NCBI GenBank assembly: GCA_004556755.1
Contig: SFFW01000006.1
Location: 66,283-130,282 of the forward strand
Length of the DNA: 64,000 bases
From: Clostridiales bacterium
GTDB taxonomy: Bacteria > Bacillota > Clostridia > Oscillospirales > Oscillospiraceae
Direction of reading: 5' to 3'
Shown here piece after piece: positions 26,815 to 35,420 of this stretch. The number at the start of each line of letters is the position of its first letter. Within the stretch, counting starts at the first letter, position 1. A program made the translations under genes and the position numbers. The notes under the pieces are model-generated. The model worked only from the letters and a program-made list of their open reading frames with translations, searched no databases and had not been told where the DNA came from.

Positions 26815-26991
26815 TTACTCTTCGCCGTTCTTGATGGCCTTAACGGGGCAGTTCTCTGCGCAGGTGCCGCAGGAAACGCACTTTTCGGGATCGATCTCGA
26901 ACTTGCCGTCTCCCTCAAAAACAGCCTCTGCGGGGCAGTTTTCCTTGCAGGTGCCGCAGGAAACGCAATCATTACCGATAACAAATGCCAT
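26815..26991 (-). CDS. clostridial-type 2x[4Fe-4S] ferredoxin (58 aa)
   Basis: Not in the ORF track (under 60 aa). MAFVIGNDCVSCGTCKENCPAEAVFEGDGKFEIDPEKCVSCGTCAENCPVKAIKNGEE has two CxxCxxCxxxCP motifs. AGGGAGG RBS. Confidence 0.9.
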   Translation of the reverse strand: MAFVIGNDCVSCGTCKENCPAEAVFEGDGKFEIDPEKCVSCGTCAENCPVKAIKNGEE

Positions 26992-27105
26992 GGTGTAACC
27001 TCCCTATAATGTACTGAAAATATGTATTTTACATATCTGACAGAAGCATTGTAACATATCTTTTGAAAATTTCAAATCCAAGTTTTTGTGTAGGGATTAA
27101 ACAAC

Positions 27106-27136
27106 AAAAACCGACAGCAATTTGCTGTCGGTTTTT
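27106..27136. terminator. bidirectional terminator hairpin
   Basis: AAAAACCGACAGCA ATT TGCTGTCGGTTTTT. Confidence 0.8.
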
Positions 27137-27149
27137 GAATGCTTACAGC

Positions 27150-27560
27150 TTATTTCATGGAAATCGCACCGACGGGGCAGCGGCGCTCGCACATTCCGCA
27201 GGCGTTGCAGTCGTCGGGTCTTGCCAAAACGGAAGAGTGGTGGACATCGCCGGGCTGCTCCGGGGGAGTGATCTCCAGAGCGTAGGCGGGGCAGTCCTCG
27301 ACGCAGAGCGAGCAGCCGTTGCAGAGCTTTGCGTCAATGACGGGCTTCTTCCAATTTTCCTTGGGGGTGTACTTGGTGGGTCTGTCGAACTGGTCGCGGA
27401 TACTCTCGTATTCGCAGACGTTGCAGCAGGCGCCGCAGTCGATGCAGCGGTTGGGGTCGATCTCGTGCATCTCCTTCATCTCGCCGGTGATCGCTCTTAC
27501 GGGACAGATCTCTGCGCAGTCGTCGCAGCCCTTGCATTTATCGGTTATTTTATGTGACAT
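27150..27560 (-). CDS. polyferredoxin, four [4Fe-4S]-type cysteine motifs
   Basis: CKGCDDCAEICP, CIDCGACCNVC, CNGCSLCVEDCP, CNACGMCERRCP. AGGAGG RBS. 40 nt downstream of AOR. Confidence 0.85.
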   Translation of the reverse strand: MSHKITDKCKGCDDCAEICPVRAITGEMKEMHEIDPNRCIDCGACCNVCEYESIRDQFDRPTKYTPKENWKKPVIDAKLCNGCSLCVEDCPAYALEITPPEQPGDVHHSSVLARPDDCNACGMCERRCPVGAISMK

Positions 27561-27600
27561 TTCTTGACCTCCTGCATTATTGCGATCTTAACGCAAGGCG

Positions 27601-29418
27601 TTACGACGCACCCTTTTTGATTTTGAGCTTTGCCAAAGCCGCCTGTGTAGGGACACCGTTTTTGTCCCAGCCTCTTGCGGAGTAGTATTCCTTCTTCAGC
27701 TTTCCGATGACGGAGTCGTCCTCACCCTCGGCCGTCTGCTCCTTCTCGGCGACGCCGAAAAGTGCGTCGAGGGAGCGCTCAAGCGTGCAGCCTCTCATGC
27801 CGCTGCGTATGTACTTGCCGGGGGTCATGCTCATGCCGACGGTGTACTTCATCGCACGGTCGTGATGGAATGCGGAAACGGGGAAGAACGCAAGCTCCGG
27901 GAGCTTGTTCAGTATTCCGATGATCGGTGCAAACTGGGAAAGCAGCTTTCCGAACGCCGCAGCGGACTTGCCGCCGTCGGTAAAGATCGCACCGGGCAGA
28001 GCGGCATAGCCGGTAAAGACGCACTGACCGCTGGCGGAGATCGTCTCAAAAATGCTCTGCATCAGCACGGTGAGGTTTGCCTGAAGCTTGGGGGAGAACG
28101 CCGAGGCGTTTACTCCGAGGCTTTCGAGGAACGCCATGCAGCCGCCGAGGTTTCCGGCGGAGTAGCTCAGCTCACGGCTTATTGCGGTGCAGGGTTCGTA
28201 TGCCGCAAGTGCGGAAGCGTCGCTGCAGCAGTCGCCGCCGTACTTCTTGCTCAGCGCCTCGCAGCCTTCGGCAAGCTCTGCGCCTGCACCCTTGCGGAGA
28301 GCGATGTCCTCCCACAGGGCGGAAACGGCAGCTTCGTCGGAGGAAAGGTCGTTTTTCCAAACGCCCTTTTCGTGTGCGTCTATCGCCCATGCAAGGGTCT
28401 CGGCGGCGAAGACCGCATCCAGACCCAGCTCGTCAAGCTCACGGTTCCATTTGAGTATGGTGTCATTAGAGCCGCTCAGACGGGACAGCGCCTTGTATTC
28501 GGGGTTTCTCACGATGCCGCCGGATACGGGAACGGCACGCTCGCACTTCACGGGGCAGCCGATGCAGCCGACGTTCGTTACGCCGCCTTCGCCGACGGTG
28601 CAGCCTTCGGACTCACCGGAGCCGAGGAGCTTCTTATCCTGCATTCCGCCGACGATCGCCGGGGAACCCAGCTTGGGCAGAATGTCGCCCGTGAGCGGAT
28701 GCTCTCTCAAGTGGCTTATCCACTTGCGGTTCCACGCAAGATCCTTCTTGGGATTTGCGACGGTAAAGGCATGGTTGCCCGCAGCGGCGATCGCCTTGAG
28801 GTTCTTTGCACCGAACACGGCGCCGAGACCGTCGGAGCAGCCTATGCGCTCCTGACCGAAAATGCCGGAGTGAGACACGAGGTTTTCGCCCGCAGGTCCG
28901 ATGACCATGATGCCGCACTTGACACGGCAGCCGTAGTCACGGTCGAGAATGTCCTGAACGCTCTGCTGAGCGTCGGAAATGCGCTGACCCCAGATCCCCT
29001 GAGCGTCGGCATCGTGCAGCACGAAGCCGTCGTTGTAGATCTCAAGCCAAGAGTGACCGGAGCATTTTCCGGTAAGCACGAGGGCGTCGAAGCCGGCTCT
29101 CTTGAGGTGATAGCCGAAGTTGCCGCCGCAGCTCTCCGAGGCGATAAGCCCCGTGACGGGGGAGATCGTGCTTATGTTGAATCTGCATGCACTGGGTACA
29201 CCGCTGCCGGTGAGGGGTCCCGTTGAGATAACGACGATGTTATCGGACGAGAGCGCCTCCTCCTTGCCGGTGAGGTTGTCAAGCAGAATTTTTGCGGCCA
29301 TGACCTTGCCGCCGATGTACAGTTCCCTGTCTTTGTCGCTCCACGGATAGTCTTCAAATTTGCCGGTGCTGAGGTCAAACTTTGCGACTCTGCCCATGTA
29401 GCCTGAGTACTTACTCAT
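27601..29418 (-). CDS. aldehyde:ferredoxin oxidoreductase family (tungstopterin-type)
   Basis: 605 aa from ATG 29418 (MSKYSGYMGRVAKFDLSTGK). AOR N-terminal and catalytic domain pattern. The track ORF extends upstream to 29535. Confidence 0.85.
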   Translation of the reverse strand: MSKYSGYMGRVAKFDLSTGKFEDYPWSDKDRELYIGGKVMAAKILLDNLTGKEEALSSDNIVVISTGPLTGSGVPSACRFNISTISPVTGLIASESCGGNFGYHLKRAGFDALVLTGKCSGHSWLEIYNDGFVLHDADAQGIWGQRISDAQQSVQDILDRDYGCRVKCGIMVIGPAGENLVSHSGIFGQERIGCSDGLGAVFGAKNLKAIAAAGNHAFTVANPKKDLAWNRKWISHLREHPLTGDILPKLGSPAIVGGMQDKKLLGSGESEGCTVGEGGVTNVGCIGCPVKCERAVPVSGGIVRNPEYKALSRLSGSNDTILKWNRELDELGLDAVFAAETLAWAIDAHEKGVWKNDLSSDEAAVSALWEDIALRKGAGAELAEGCEALSKKYGGDCCSDASALAAYEPCTAISRELSYSAGNLGGCMAFLESLGVNASAFSPKLQANLTVLMQSIFETISASGQCVFTGYAALPGAIFTDGGKSAAAFGKLLSQFAPIIGILNKLPELAFFPVSAFHHDRAMKYTVGMSMTPGKYIRSGMRGCTLERSLDALFGVAEKEQTAEGEDDSVIGKLKKEYYSARGWDKNGVPTQAALAKLKIKKGAS

Positions 29419-29476
29419 TGGACCATTCCTTTCTCCCTGTTCCCGCTTTTGAAGGGTGCAAAATAAATATGATTTT

Positions 29477-29495
29477 TTCGGACACCGTGTCCGAA
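29477..29495. promoter_or_regulatory. 9-1-9 perfect palindrome in the AOR leader
   Basis: TTCGGACAC C GTGTCCGAA, about 60 nt upstream of the AOR start codon. Confidence 0.5.
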
Positions 29496-29645
29496 GCAAT
29501 ATATACTGTACAATTTCTCTACCTAAGAATAGCACAGTTTGTCTGCATTTACAACAAGTTTGTTAAATAATTCATTTGTCAGATTTTTCGTTTTGTATAG
29601 GAAAACACAGTGTTTTTCGGCATTTTTTGAATTTTGTCAAAAGAG

Positions 29646-29704
29646 TTGACAAGGCGGAGAAGGAGACCTATAATAAGCAACATAGATTGCGCAACATATG
29701 TTGC
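29646..29704 (+). promoter_or_regulatory. consensus promoter plus palindromic operator
   Basis: TTGACA (29646-51), 17 nt, TATAAT (29669-74). GCAACATA (29677-84) is repeated inside the perfect 14-bp palindrome GCAACATATGTTGC (29691-29704). Confidence 0.7.
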
Positions 29705-29721
29705 TTAAAAGGAGTGAGACC

Positions 29722-30300
29722 GTGCCGCCGAAATTCAAGTTTACCGAGGACGAGATAGTGTCGGAAGCGCTGGAGCTTGTGCGTACACGGGGCGCAAAGG
29801 CGCTGACGGCGAGAGCGCTTGCCGAGCGTCTGGGCTGTTCCGCAAAGCCGATCTTCGGGCTGTTTAAAAATATGGAGGAGCTTCAGCTTCGGGTGCTGTG
29901 CGCCGCCGACGGGCTGTACGAGCGCCGCATAAGCGAGGCGATGCACCGGGGCGAGTACCCGCCTTACAAGGCGAGCGGAATGGAGTACATTCGCTTTGCC
30001 GCCGAGGAGCCGGAGCTTTTCCGGCTGCTGTTTATGCGTGACCGCCGGGGCGAGCCGCCGCAGGAGCATGGGCTTTCGCCGGAGCTTCTGACTGCGATAT
30101 GCGCCGCCACGGGGCTGGAGCCTTCGGAGGCGGAGCGCTTTCATCTTGAGATGTGGATATTCGTCCACGGCATCGCCGTCATGGTGGCGACGGGCTATTT
30201 GGAATGGGACATGGACTTTGTAAGCGATGCGCTGACGCATATGTACGGCGCAATGCTTGCGGACAAAAGAGGTGTGAAAAATGGAAGCGATAAGAATTGA
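29722..30300 (+). CDS. TetR-family transcriptional regulator
   Basis: HTH region EIVSEALELVRTRGAKALTARALAERLGCSAKPIFGLF. GTG 29722 follows AAAGGAG. The alternative ATG 29698 lacks an RBS and lies inside the operator. Confidence 0.8.
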   Translation: MPPKFKFTEDEIVSEALELVRTRGAKALTARALAERLGCSAKPIFGLFKNMEELQLRVLCAADGLYERRISEAMHRGEYPPYKASGMEYIRFAAEEPELFRLLFMRDRRGEPPQEHGLSPELLTAICAATGLEPSEAERFHLEMWIFVHGIAVMVATGYLEWDMDFVSDALTHMYGAMLADKRGVKNGSDKN

Positions 30301-31009
30301 AAAGCTGACGAAGCGCTACGGAACTCTGACCGCCGTGTCGGAGCTTGAGCTGAGCATTCACGGCGGCGAGACCTTCGGACTTCTGGGCGTGAACGGCGCC
30401 GGCAAGACCACTACGGTGAAGATGCTGTCCTGCCTTACAAGACCCGATTCGGGCGACGCCTACCTGAACGGCAAAAGCATCGTGAGCGAGAGCGCCGAGG
30501 TGAAAAGCATCATCGGCGTATCGCCGCAGGAGACTGCGGTGGCGCCGAATCTGAGCGTTCGGGAGAACCTCGAATTCATGTGCGGAGTGTTCGGCTTTTC
30601 AAAGGATAAGACAAGAAGCAAGACCGAGGAGCTGATAGTGAGCTTTGACCTCGGCTCCGTTGCGGACAGGAAGGCGGGCAAGCTTTCCGGTGGCTGGCAG
30701 CGTCGGCTGAGCATTGCGCTTGCACTCGTGGGAGAGCCGGAGATACTGTTTCTCGACGAGCCGACGCTGGGGCTTGACGTCATCGCACGAAGCGAGCTTC
30801 ACGACTTCATCCGCAGTCTGCCGGAGGAGGTCACCGTGGTGCTGACGACGCACTACATGGAGGAGGCGGAGGCGCTTTGCGACCGCATCGGCATAATGAA
30901 GGAGGGCAGGCTCATCGCCCTCGGTACCGTGCCTGAGCTGTGCGCACTTGCAGGGAAGGACGGCTTTGAGGCGGCGTTCGTGGCGCTCGTAAAGGGGGAA
31001 AAGCAATGA
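30281..31009 (+). CDS. ABC transporter ATP-binding protein
   Basis: Walker A GVNGAGKTT, signature LSGGWQRRL, Walker B ILFLDEPT. Confidence 0.9.
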   Translation: MEAIRIEKLTKRYGTLTAVSELELSIHGGETFGLLGVNGAGKTTTVKMLSCLTRPDSGDAYLNGKSIVSESAEVKSIIGVSPQETAVAPNLSVRENLEFMCGVFGFSKDKTRSKTEELIVSFDLGSVADRKAGKLSGGWQRRLSIALALVGEPEILFLDEPTLGLDVIARSELHDFIRSLPEEVTVVLTTHYMEEAEALCDRIGIMKEGRLIALGTVPELCALAGKDGFEAAFVALVKGEKQ

Positions 31010-31737
31010 GAATGCTGGCGTTTTCAAACAGGAACCTTAAAGAGATAGTGCGTGATCCGCTGACCGTCGCATTCAGTCTCGGCTTTCCACTCGTGCTGCT
31101 TCTGCTGCTGAGCGCAATACAGGCGAACATCCCCGTGCCGATGTTCGAGATAGAGACCCTTGCGCCGGGTATGTGCATCTTCGGACTGACGTTTATGACG
31201 CTGTTTTCGGCGACGCTCATCGCCCGTGACCGTGAGACCTCGTTTCTGCGCAGACTGTACACGACCCCCATGCGGGCGGGTGATTTTATCTGCGGCTATA
31301 TGCTGCCGATAATTCCCATATCCGTCGGGCAGAGCGCCGTGTGCTACGCCGCTGCCTTTGCGCTCGGATTAAAACCGGACCTCGGCGTTTTGTGGTCGCT
31401 TCTGAGCATCGTTCCCGTGTCGCTGTTTTTCATTGCACTGGGACTTTTATGCGGCAGCCTGCTCACCGTAAAGCAGGTCGGAGGCATATGCGGTGCGCTG
31501 CTCACGAACCTTGCAGCGTGGCTCTCCGGCATATGGTTTGACCTTGAGCTTGTCGGCGGTGCGTTCCGTGACATCGCCTATGCGCTGCCCTTTGTACACG
31601 CCGTCGAGCTTGAGCGGGGACTCGTCTCCGGCAGCGGTACGGAGGCCCTTCTGCACGTCGGCGTGCTTGCGGGCTACACCGTGCTTGCGATAGCCTTGGC
31701 GGTCGCCGCCTTCCTGCGGAAGATGCACAGAGAGTAA
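31006..31737 (+). CDS. ABC-2 type transporter permease
   Basis: Six hydrophobic segments. ATGA overlap with the ATPase gene. Confidence 0.8.
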   Translation: MRMLAFSNRNLKEIVRDPLTVAFSLGFPLVLLLLLSAIQANIPVPMFEIETLAPGMCIFGLTFMTLFSATLIARDRETSFLRRLYTTPMRAGDFICGYMLPIIPISVGQSAVCYAAAFALGLKPDLGVLWSLLSIVPVSLFFIALGLLCGSLLTVKQVGGICGALLTNLAAWLSGIWFDLELVGGAFRDIAYALPFVHAVELERGLVSGSGTEALLHVGVLAGYTVLAIALAVAAFLRKMHRE

Positions 31738-31799
31738 AAGAATTTGCATTGCGTCCGCCGAGGATATATAATGTGTAAAAAACCGGCGGAGGTAAAGCC

Positions 31800-32447
31800 A
31801 TGAACAAAATTGCGGTGTTCGACCTTGACGGTACGCTGCTCGATACGCTGGACGATCTGAGAGCCTCGGTTAATCACGCTCTGCTTGCGGGCGGAATGCC
31901 GCCCCGAAGCCGTGAGGAGGTGCGGAGCTTCGTCGGAAACGGCATCGCAAAGCTCATAGAGCGCTCGCTGCCGCAGGGCGTTTCGCCCGAAACGGTGGCG
32001 GAGACGCTGAGCCTCTTCAAGGCGCACTATGCGGAAAACTGCTGCAACGGGACAAGACCCTACGACGGTATGCCGGAGCTGCTGCGTGAGCTTAAAGCGC
32101 AGGGCTTTACGCTTGCCGTGGTGTCGAATAAGGCGGACTCTCTGTCGAAAAAGCTCATGGAGAGATTTTATCCCGGCATCTTTACCGAGGTGCGGGGCGA
32201 GCTGCCGGAGGTCAGAAAGAAGCCGGCGCCCGATCCGCTGCTGCTCTGCTGTCAGGACATCGGCGCTCCCGTCGGGGAGACGGTGTACGTCGGCGATATG
32301 GAGATAGACCTCCAAACGGCGCTCTCTGCGGGAACCCGCTGCGTCCTCGTGTCGTGGGGCTTTCGCAGCGCAAAGGAGCTGGAAAAATTAAACGCTCCCG
32401 TCGCCCACACCCCCGCAGAGCTTGGACAAATATTGATTAAGCTGTAA
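31800..32447 (+). CDS. HAD-IA hydrolase (phosphoglycolate phosphatase-like)
   Basis: Motif I FDLDGTLLDT, motif II VVSNK, motif IV VGDMEID. Confidence 0.85.
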   Translation: MNKIAVFDLDGTLLDTLDDLRASVNHALLAGGMPPRSREEVRSFVGNGIAKLIERSLPQGVSPETVAETLSLFKAHYAENCCNGTRPYDGMPELLRELKAQGFTLAVVSNKADSLSKKLMERFYPGIFTEVRGELPEVRKKPAPDPLLLCCQDIGAPVGETVYVGDMEIDLQTALSAGTRCVLVSWGFRSAKELEKLNAPVAHTPAELGQILIKL

Positions 32448-32533
32448 ATTTTCGCCGAGACTTGCCGAAAGCGTGACGATGTGCTAAAATATACAAAGCA
32501 TTTTATTATCATAGCATTTCACGAGGTCAGACA

Positions 32534-33313
32534 ATGAAAAACGGCAAAGACTTGGTGCAGGCGATCGCCTGTGCGGGCGTGGGGTATGCACTCGGAAACA
32601 TCAACCCTGCGTATCTAATCAGCACTTATCACGGCTACGATGTCCGCCAGATGGGTTCGGGCAACGCAGGCGGCACAAACATAATGATGCTCGAAGGCAA
32701 GCTTGCGGGCATATCCGTCATGGCGTTCGACATCGGCAAGGCGACGCTTTCCGTAAAGCTGTGCCAAAAGGCGTTCCCCCGCTTCAAATCGTCGGGCGAG
32801 ACGGCGGGAGCCGCCTGCATACTGGGGCATATGTTCCCGGCGGCGATGGGATTTCGGGGCGGCAAGGGTCTTGCCTGTCTCGGCGGCACCATAATCGCCT
32901 TCGGCTTTAAGGACTTTGCGGTTTCGCTCGGCGTTGCGGTAAGCGTACTGCTCACGACGAGGTACCTCTGCTTTGTCCCCATATGCACCTCCGCATTTTA
33001 TTCGCTGTATCACGGCATAAAGAGCGGCAACTGGCAGGGCGCAAAGATACTCGGCTCCGTCGTGCCGCCGATCATAATAAAGCACCTCGGCAATATTAAG
33101 CGCATTTTCGAGGGCAAGGAGTTCCGTGTGGACTACCTGTGGGATGCGGTCGGTGAGCTTGAACGCACCGGGCTTAAAGAAGCTGCGGAGGAGACGCTGA
33201 GCAAGATCCGCAGTCTCAAGGAAGCGCCGAATATGTCCGACCCCTCCGAGTGGGACACCCCCGACCTACCCGACAAAACCGAGGACGAAAAAGACGACGA
33301 CAAAAATCATTGA
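32534..33313 (+). CDS. plsY: PlsY-family glycerol-3-phosphate acyltransferase-like protein with acidic C-terminal tail
   Basis: GSGNAGGTN motif, about five TM helices, plus a roughly 65-aa hydrophilic tail ending DKTEDEKDDDKNH. Confidence 0.7.
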   Translation: MKNGKDLVQAIACAGVGYALGNINPAYLISTYHGYDVRQMGSGNAGGTNIMMLEGKLAGISVMAFDIGKATLSVKLCQKAFPRFKSSGETAGAACILGHMFPAAMGFRGGKGLACLGGTIIAFGFKDFAVSLGVAVSVLLTTRYLCFVPICTSAFYSLYHGIKSGNWQGAKILGSVVPPIIIKHLGNIKRIFEGKEFRVDYLWDAVGELERTGLKEAAEETLSKIRSLKEAPNMSDPSEWDTPDLPDKTEDEKDDDKNH

Positions 33314-33338
33314 GAATATAATCGAAAATAACGGTAAA

Positions 33339-33377
33339 AATAACGGATACCAAAACGGTATCCGTTATTTCTTTTTT
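33339..33377 (+). terminator. rho-independent terminator
   Basis: AATAACGGATACC AAAAC GGTATCCGTTATT followed by TCTTTTTT. Confidence 0.85.
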
Positions 33378-33402
33378 ATGGTTCGTTTAATGGAGGCTTC
33401 AT

Positions 33403-33843
33403 ATGAAAATGACAAACGACGAATACAAGGACTACTCCGAGCGGCATATGCCGTCGTCGCCGCTGCTGCCGGATATGCTCAAGGCGTTTGCCGTCGGCGG
33501 GCTTATCTGCTGCATCGGTCAGCTTATTGGCGACCTGTACCTCGATGCGGGACTCGGTAAGACCGCCGCCGCAACCGCCGCCTCCGTGACGCTCGTGTTC
33601 ATCGGAGCTCTGCTCACAGGGCTTGGGGTCTATGACCGCATCGCCGTCTTTGCCGGAGGCGGCAGTCTGGTGCCGATAACCGGCTTTGCAAACTCGGTCG
33701 TCGCCCCGGCGCTTGAGTTTAAGACCGAGGGACTTGTCACCGGTACGGCGGCAAAGATGTTCGTGATCGCAGGACCCGTCATCGTCTACGGCGTCGGCGC
33801 AAGCGTGGTTTACGGCGTTCTGCTGTGTCTGTTCGGAGGTTAA
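33403..33843 (+). CDS. spoVAC: stage V sporulation protein AC (SpoVAC/SpoVAEB family)
   Basis: 146 aa. LKAFAVGGLICCIGQ, GGGSLVPITGFANSV, four TM helices. Confidence 0.85.
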   Translation: MKMTNDEYKDYSERHMPSSPLLPDMLKAFAVGGLICCIGQLIGDLYLDAGLGKTAAATAASVTLVFIGALLTGLGVYDRIAVFAGGGSLVPITGFANSVVAPALEFKTEGLVTGTAAKMFVIAGPVIVYGVGASVVYGVLLCLFGG

Positions 33844-33844
33844 T

Positions 33845-33973
33845 ATGAAAAAGAAGAAAAAAGAGCGAGAGCAAAGCAGCGCCCCGGTCGAAACGGGACA
33901 CGACTACAGAGCAAAGGAAAAGACCCCGAAGGGCAGCGCATCAGCCCCCGACGGAGTTTCCGGTTATTTTTAA
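33845..33973 (+). CDS. lysine-rich micro-ORF (42 aa), hypothetical
   Basis: MKKKKKEREQSSAPVETGHDYRAKEKTPKGSASAPDGVSGYF. GGAGG lies 6 nt upstream, overlapping the spoVAC stop, and a terminator follows. Below the ORF-track cutoff. Confidence 0.4.
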   Translation: MKKKKKEREQSSAPVETGHDYRAKEKTPKGSASAPDGVSGYF

Positions 33974-33986
33974 GCTGACGGAAGCC

Positions 33987-34017
33987 GAAAACGCCCCAAA
34001 CGGGGCGTTTTCGTTTT
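33987..34017 (+). terminator. rho-independent terminator
   Basis: GAAAACGCCCC AAAC GGGGCGTTTTC followed by GTTTT. Confidence 0.85.
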
Positions 34018-34166
34018 GCCCGCCTTAGTCGGTTTAGGGCGGGTACTATTCAAAAGAGAGAGTATGGAAACACACTTAAAATAAAACGACAGTTTGTAAA
34101 AACTTGTCTTGTTTTATCCTTGATAATAATATATACTAAGTCCGTACAGAAAACAAGCGAATATAT

Positions 34167-34183
34167 ATCATGTTAAATATGAT
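34167..34183 (+). promoter_or_regulatory. possible LysR-type box
   Basis: ATCAT-N7-ATGAT dyad, 20 nt upstream of the LysR start. Confidence 0.3.
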
Positions 34184-34204
34184 TTTTAAGAATGGATAAA
34201 AACT

Positions 34205-35098
34205 ATGGCGGTACATAAATATTCGGCATTTTTGAAGGTTATCGAGCTTGGGAGCATATCTAAGGCGGCGGACGAGCTGGGCTACACGCAATCGGCAGTG
34301 AGCCGCATGATCGCCGATCTCGAAAACGAGTGGGGGCTTATGCTTCTAAAGCGCAGCAGGGCGGGGCTTGCTCTGTCGTCCGACGGCATCGAGATGCTGC
34401 CATATGTCCGTGCGCTCTGCGAAAAATACAGGGAGATGCAGGATCAGGCGAACGCCATACACGGGCTTGAGACGGGCTTTATCCGTATCGGCTCCTGCTC
34501 CAGCGTTTCGACCCAGTGGCTGCCGAAGATACTCAAGGAGTTTGAAAAGCTCTACCCGCACATCGACTTCAGGCTGGAGAACATGGAATACTCCGACACG
34601 GAGGACGCTCTGCTCGCCGGGGAGATCGACTGCGGTTTTATAACCGCCCCCTGTTCGCCGGAGCTGGATTTCAGCTTTCTGCACCGTGACCGCATCCTTG
34701 CCGTTCTGCCGCCGGAGCATGAGCTTGCCGCCGCCGAAAAGTACCCCTTGGAGCGGCTCAGCACGGAGCGCTTTATAAAGCTGCGTGACGAGGCGAACAG
34801 TGAGGTCAAGGAGTTTGCGATGCTCATAGCGCTGCTCAAAGCACCGCTGAACACCTTCTGCGACGTCAACGACGACTACTCGATAATGGCGATGGTCGAA
34901 AGCGGGCTCGGCGTGAGCGTGCTGACGGAGCTTGTCACGGAGAGAATGCCGTTTAATATCGTACTCAAGGAGTTCGATGTGCCGCAGCACCGTGACATCG
35001 GCATTGCCGTGCGTCGTGGTCTGCGCCCGTCTCCTGCGACGGAGCGCTTCGTGCAGGTCGTAAAGGACTGCTTTAAGGACGGGAAATTTGTGATATAA
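34205..35098 (+). CDS. LysR-family transcriptional regulator
   Basis: N-terminal HTH FLKVIELGSISKAADELGYTQSAVSRMI plus a substrate-binding domain. Confidence 0.9.
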   Translation: MAVHKYSAFLKVIELGSISKAADELGYTQSAVSRMIADLENEWGLMLLKRSRAGLALSSDGIEMLPYVRALCEKYREMQDQANAIHGLETGFIRIGSCSSVSTQWLPKILKEFEKLYPHIDFRLENMEYSDTEDALLAGEIDCGFITAPCSPELDFSFLHRDRILAVLPPEHELAAAEKYPLERLSTERFIKLRDEANSEVKEFAMLIALLKAPLNTFCDVNDDYSIMAMVESGLGVSVLTELVTERMPFNIVLKEFDVPQHRDIGIAVRRGLRPSPATERFVQVVKDCFKDGKFVI

Positions 35099-35118
35099 GC
35101 ATCGGTAAAACCGATTTT

Positions 35119-35149
35119 TGCCCTGCGTTTTGCGACGCAGGGCATTTTT
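35119..35149 (+). terminator. rho-independent terminator
   Basis: TGCCCTGCGT TTTGCG ACGCAGGGCA followed by TTTTT. Confidence 0.85.
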
Positions 35150-35265
35150 CATACCAACGGTAGAGAAAATAATATTCCGCCGGTATCGGCGGTGTGTTCA
35201 CAAACCGCCTGCGCCCTGATATAATACGGGCATAAGTGGAATTTATGTGCGCTGCAAGTTTTGAA

Positions 35266-35420
35266 AAATCTCTCCCTCAGTCAGCTACGCTGACAGCTCC
35301 CTCGGAAGTGTAGAGCCATGAACTGGAGCGTGTTTCGCTGCGGCAAAATGACCGCCGCACTCATGCCTATACGCTTCCGAAGGAGGCGGCAAAACCGTCA
35401 GTGTTTGACGGAGGGAGAGA
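35266..35420. mobile_element. full-length palindromic MITE/REP-like element (non-coding)
   Basis: 10-bp termini TCTCTCCCTC (35269-78) and GAGGGAGAGA (35411-20). Each arm holds a hairpin plus the core CTCCCTCGGAAGTGTAGAGCCATGA (35297-35321) or its inverted copy TCATGCCTATACGCTTCCGAAGGAG (35361-85). Half copies lie at 5624-48, 15838-94 and 40348-40425. Confidence 0.7.
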
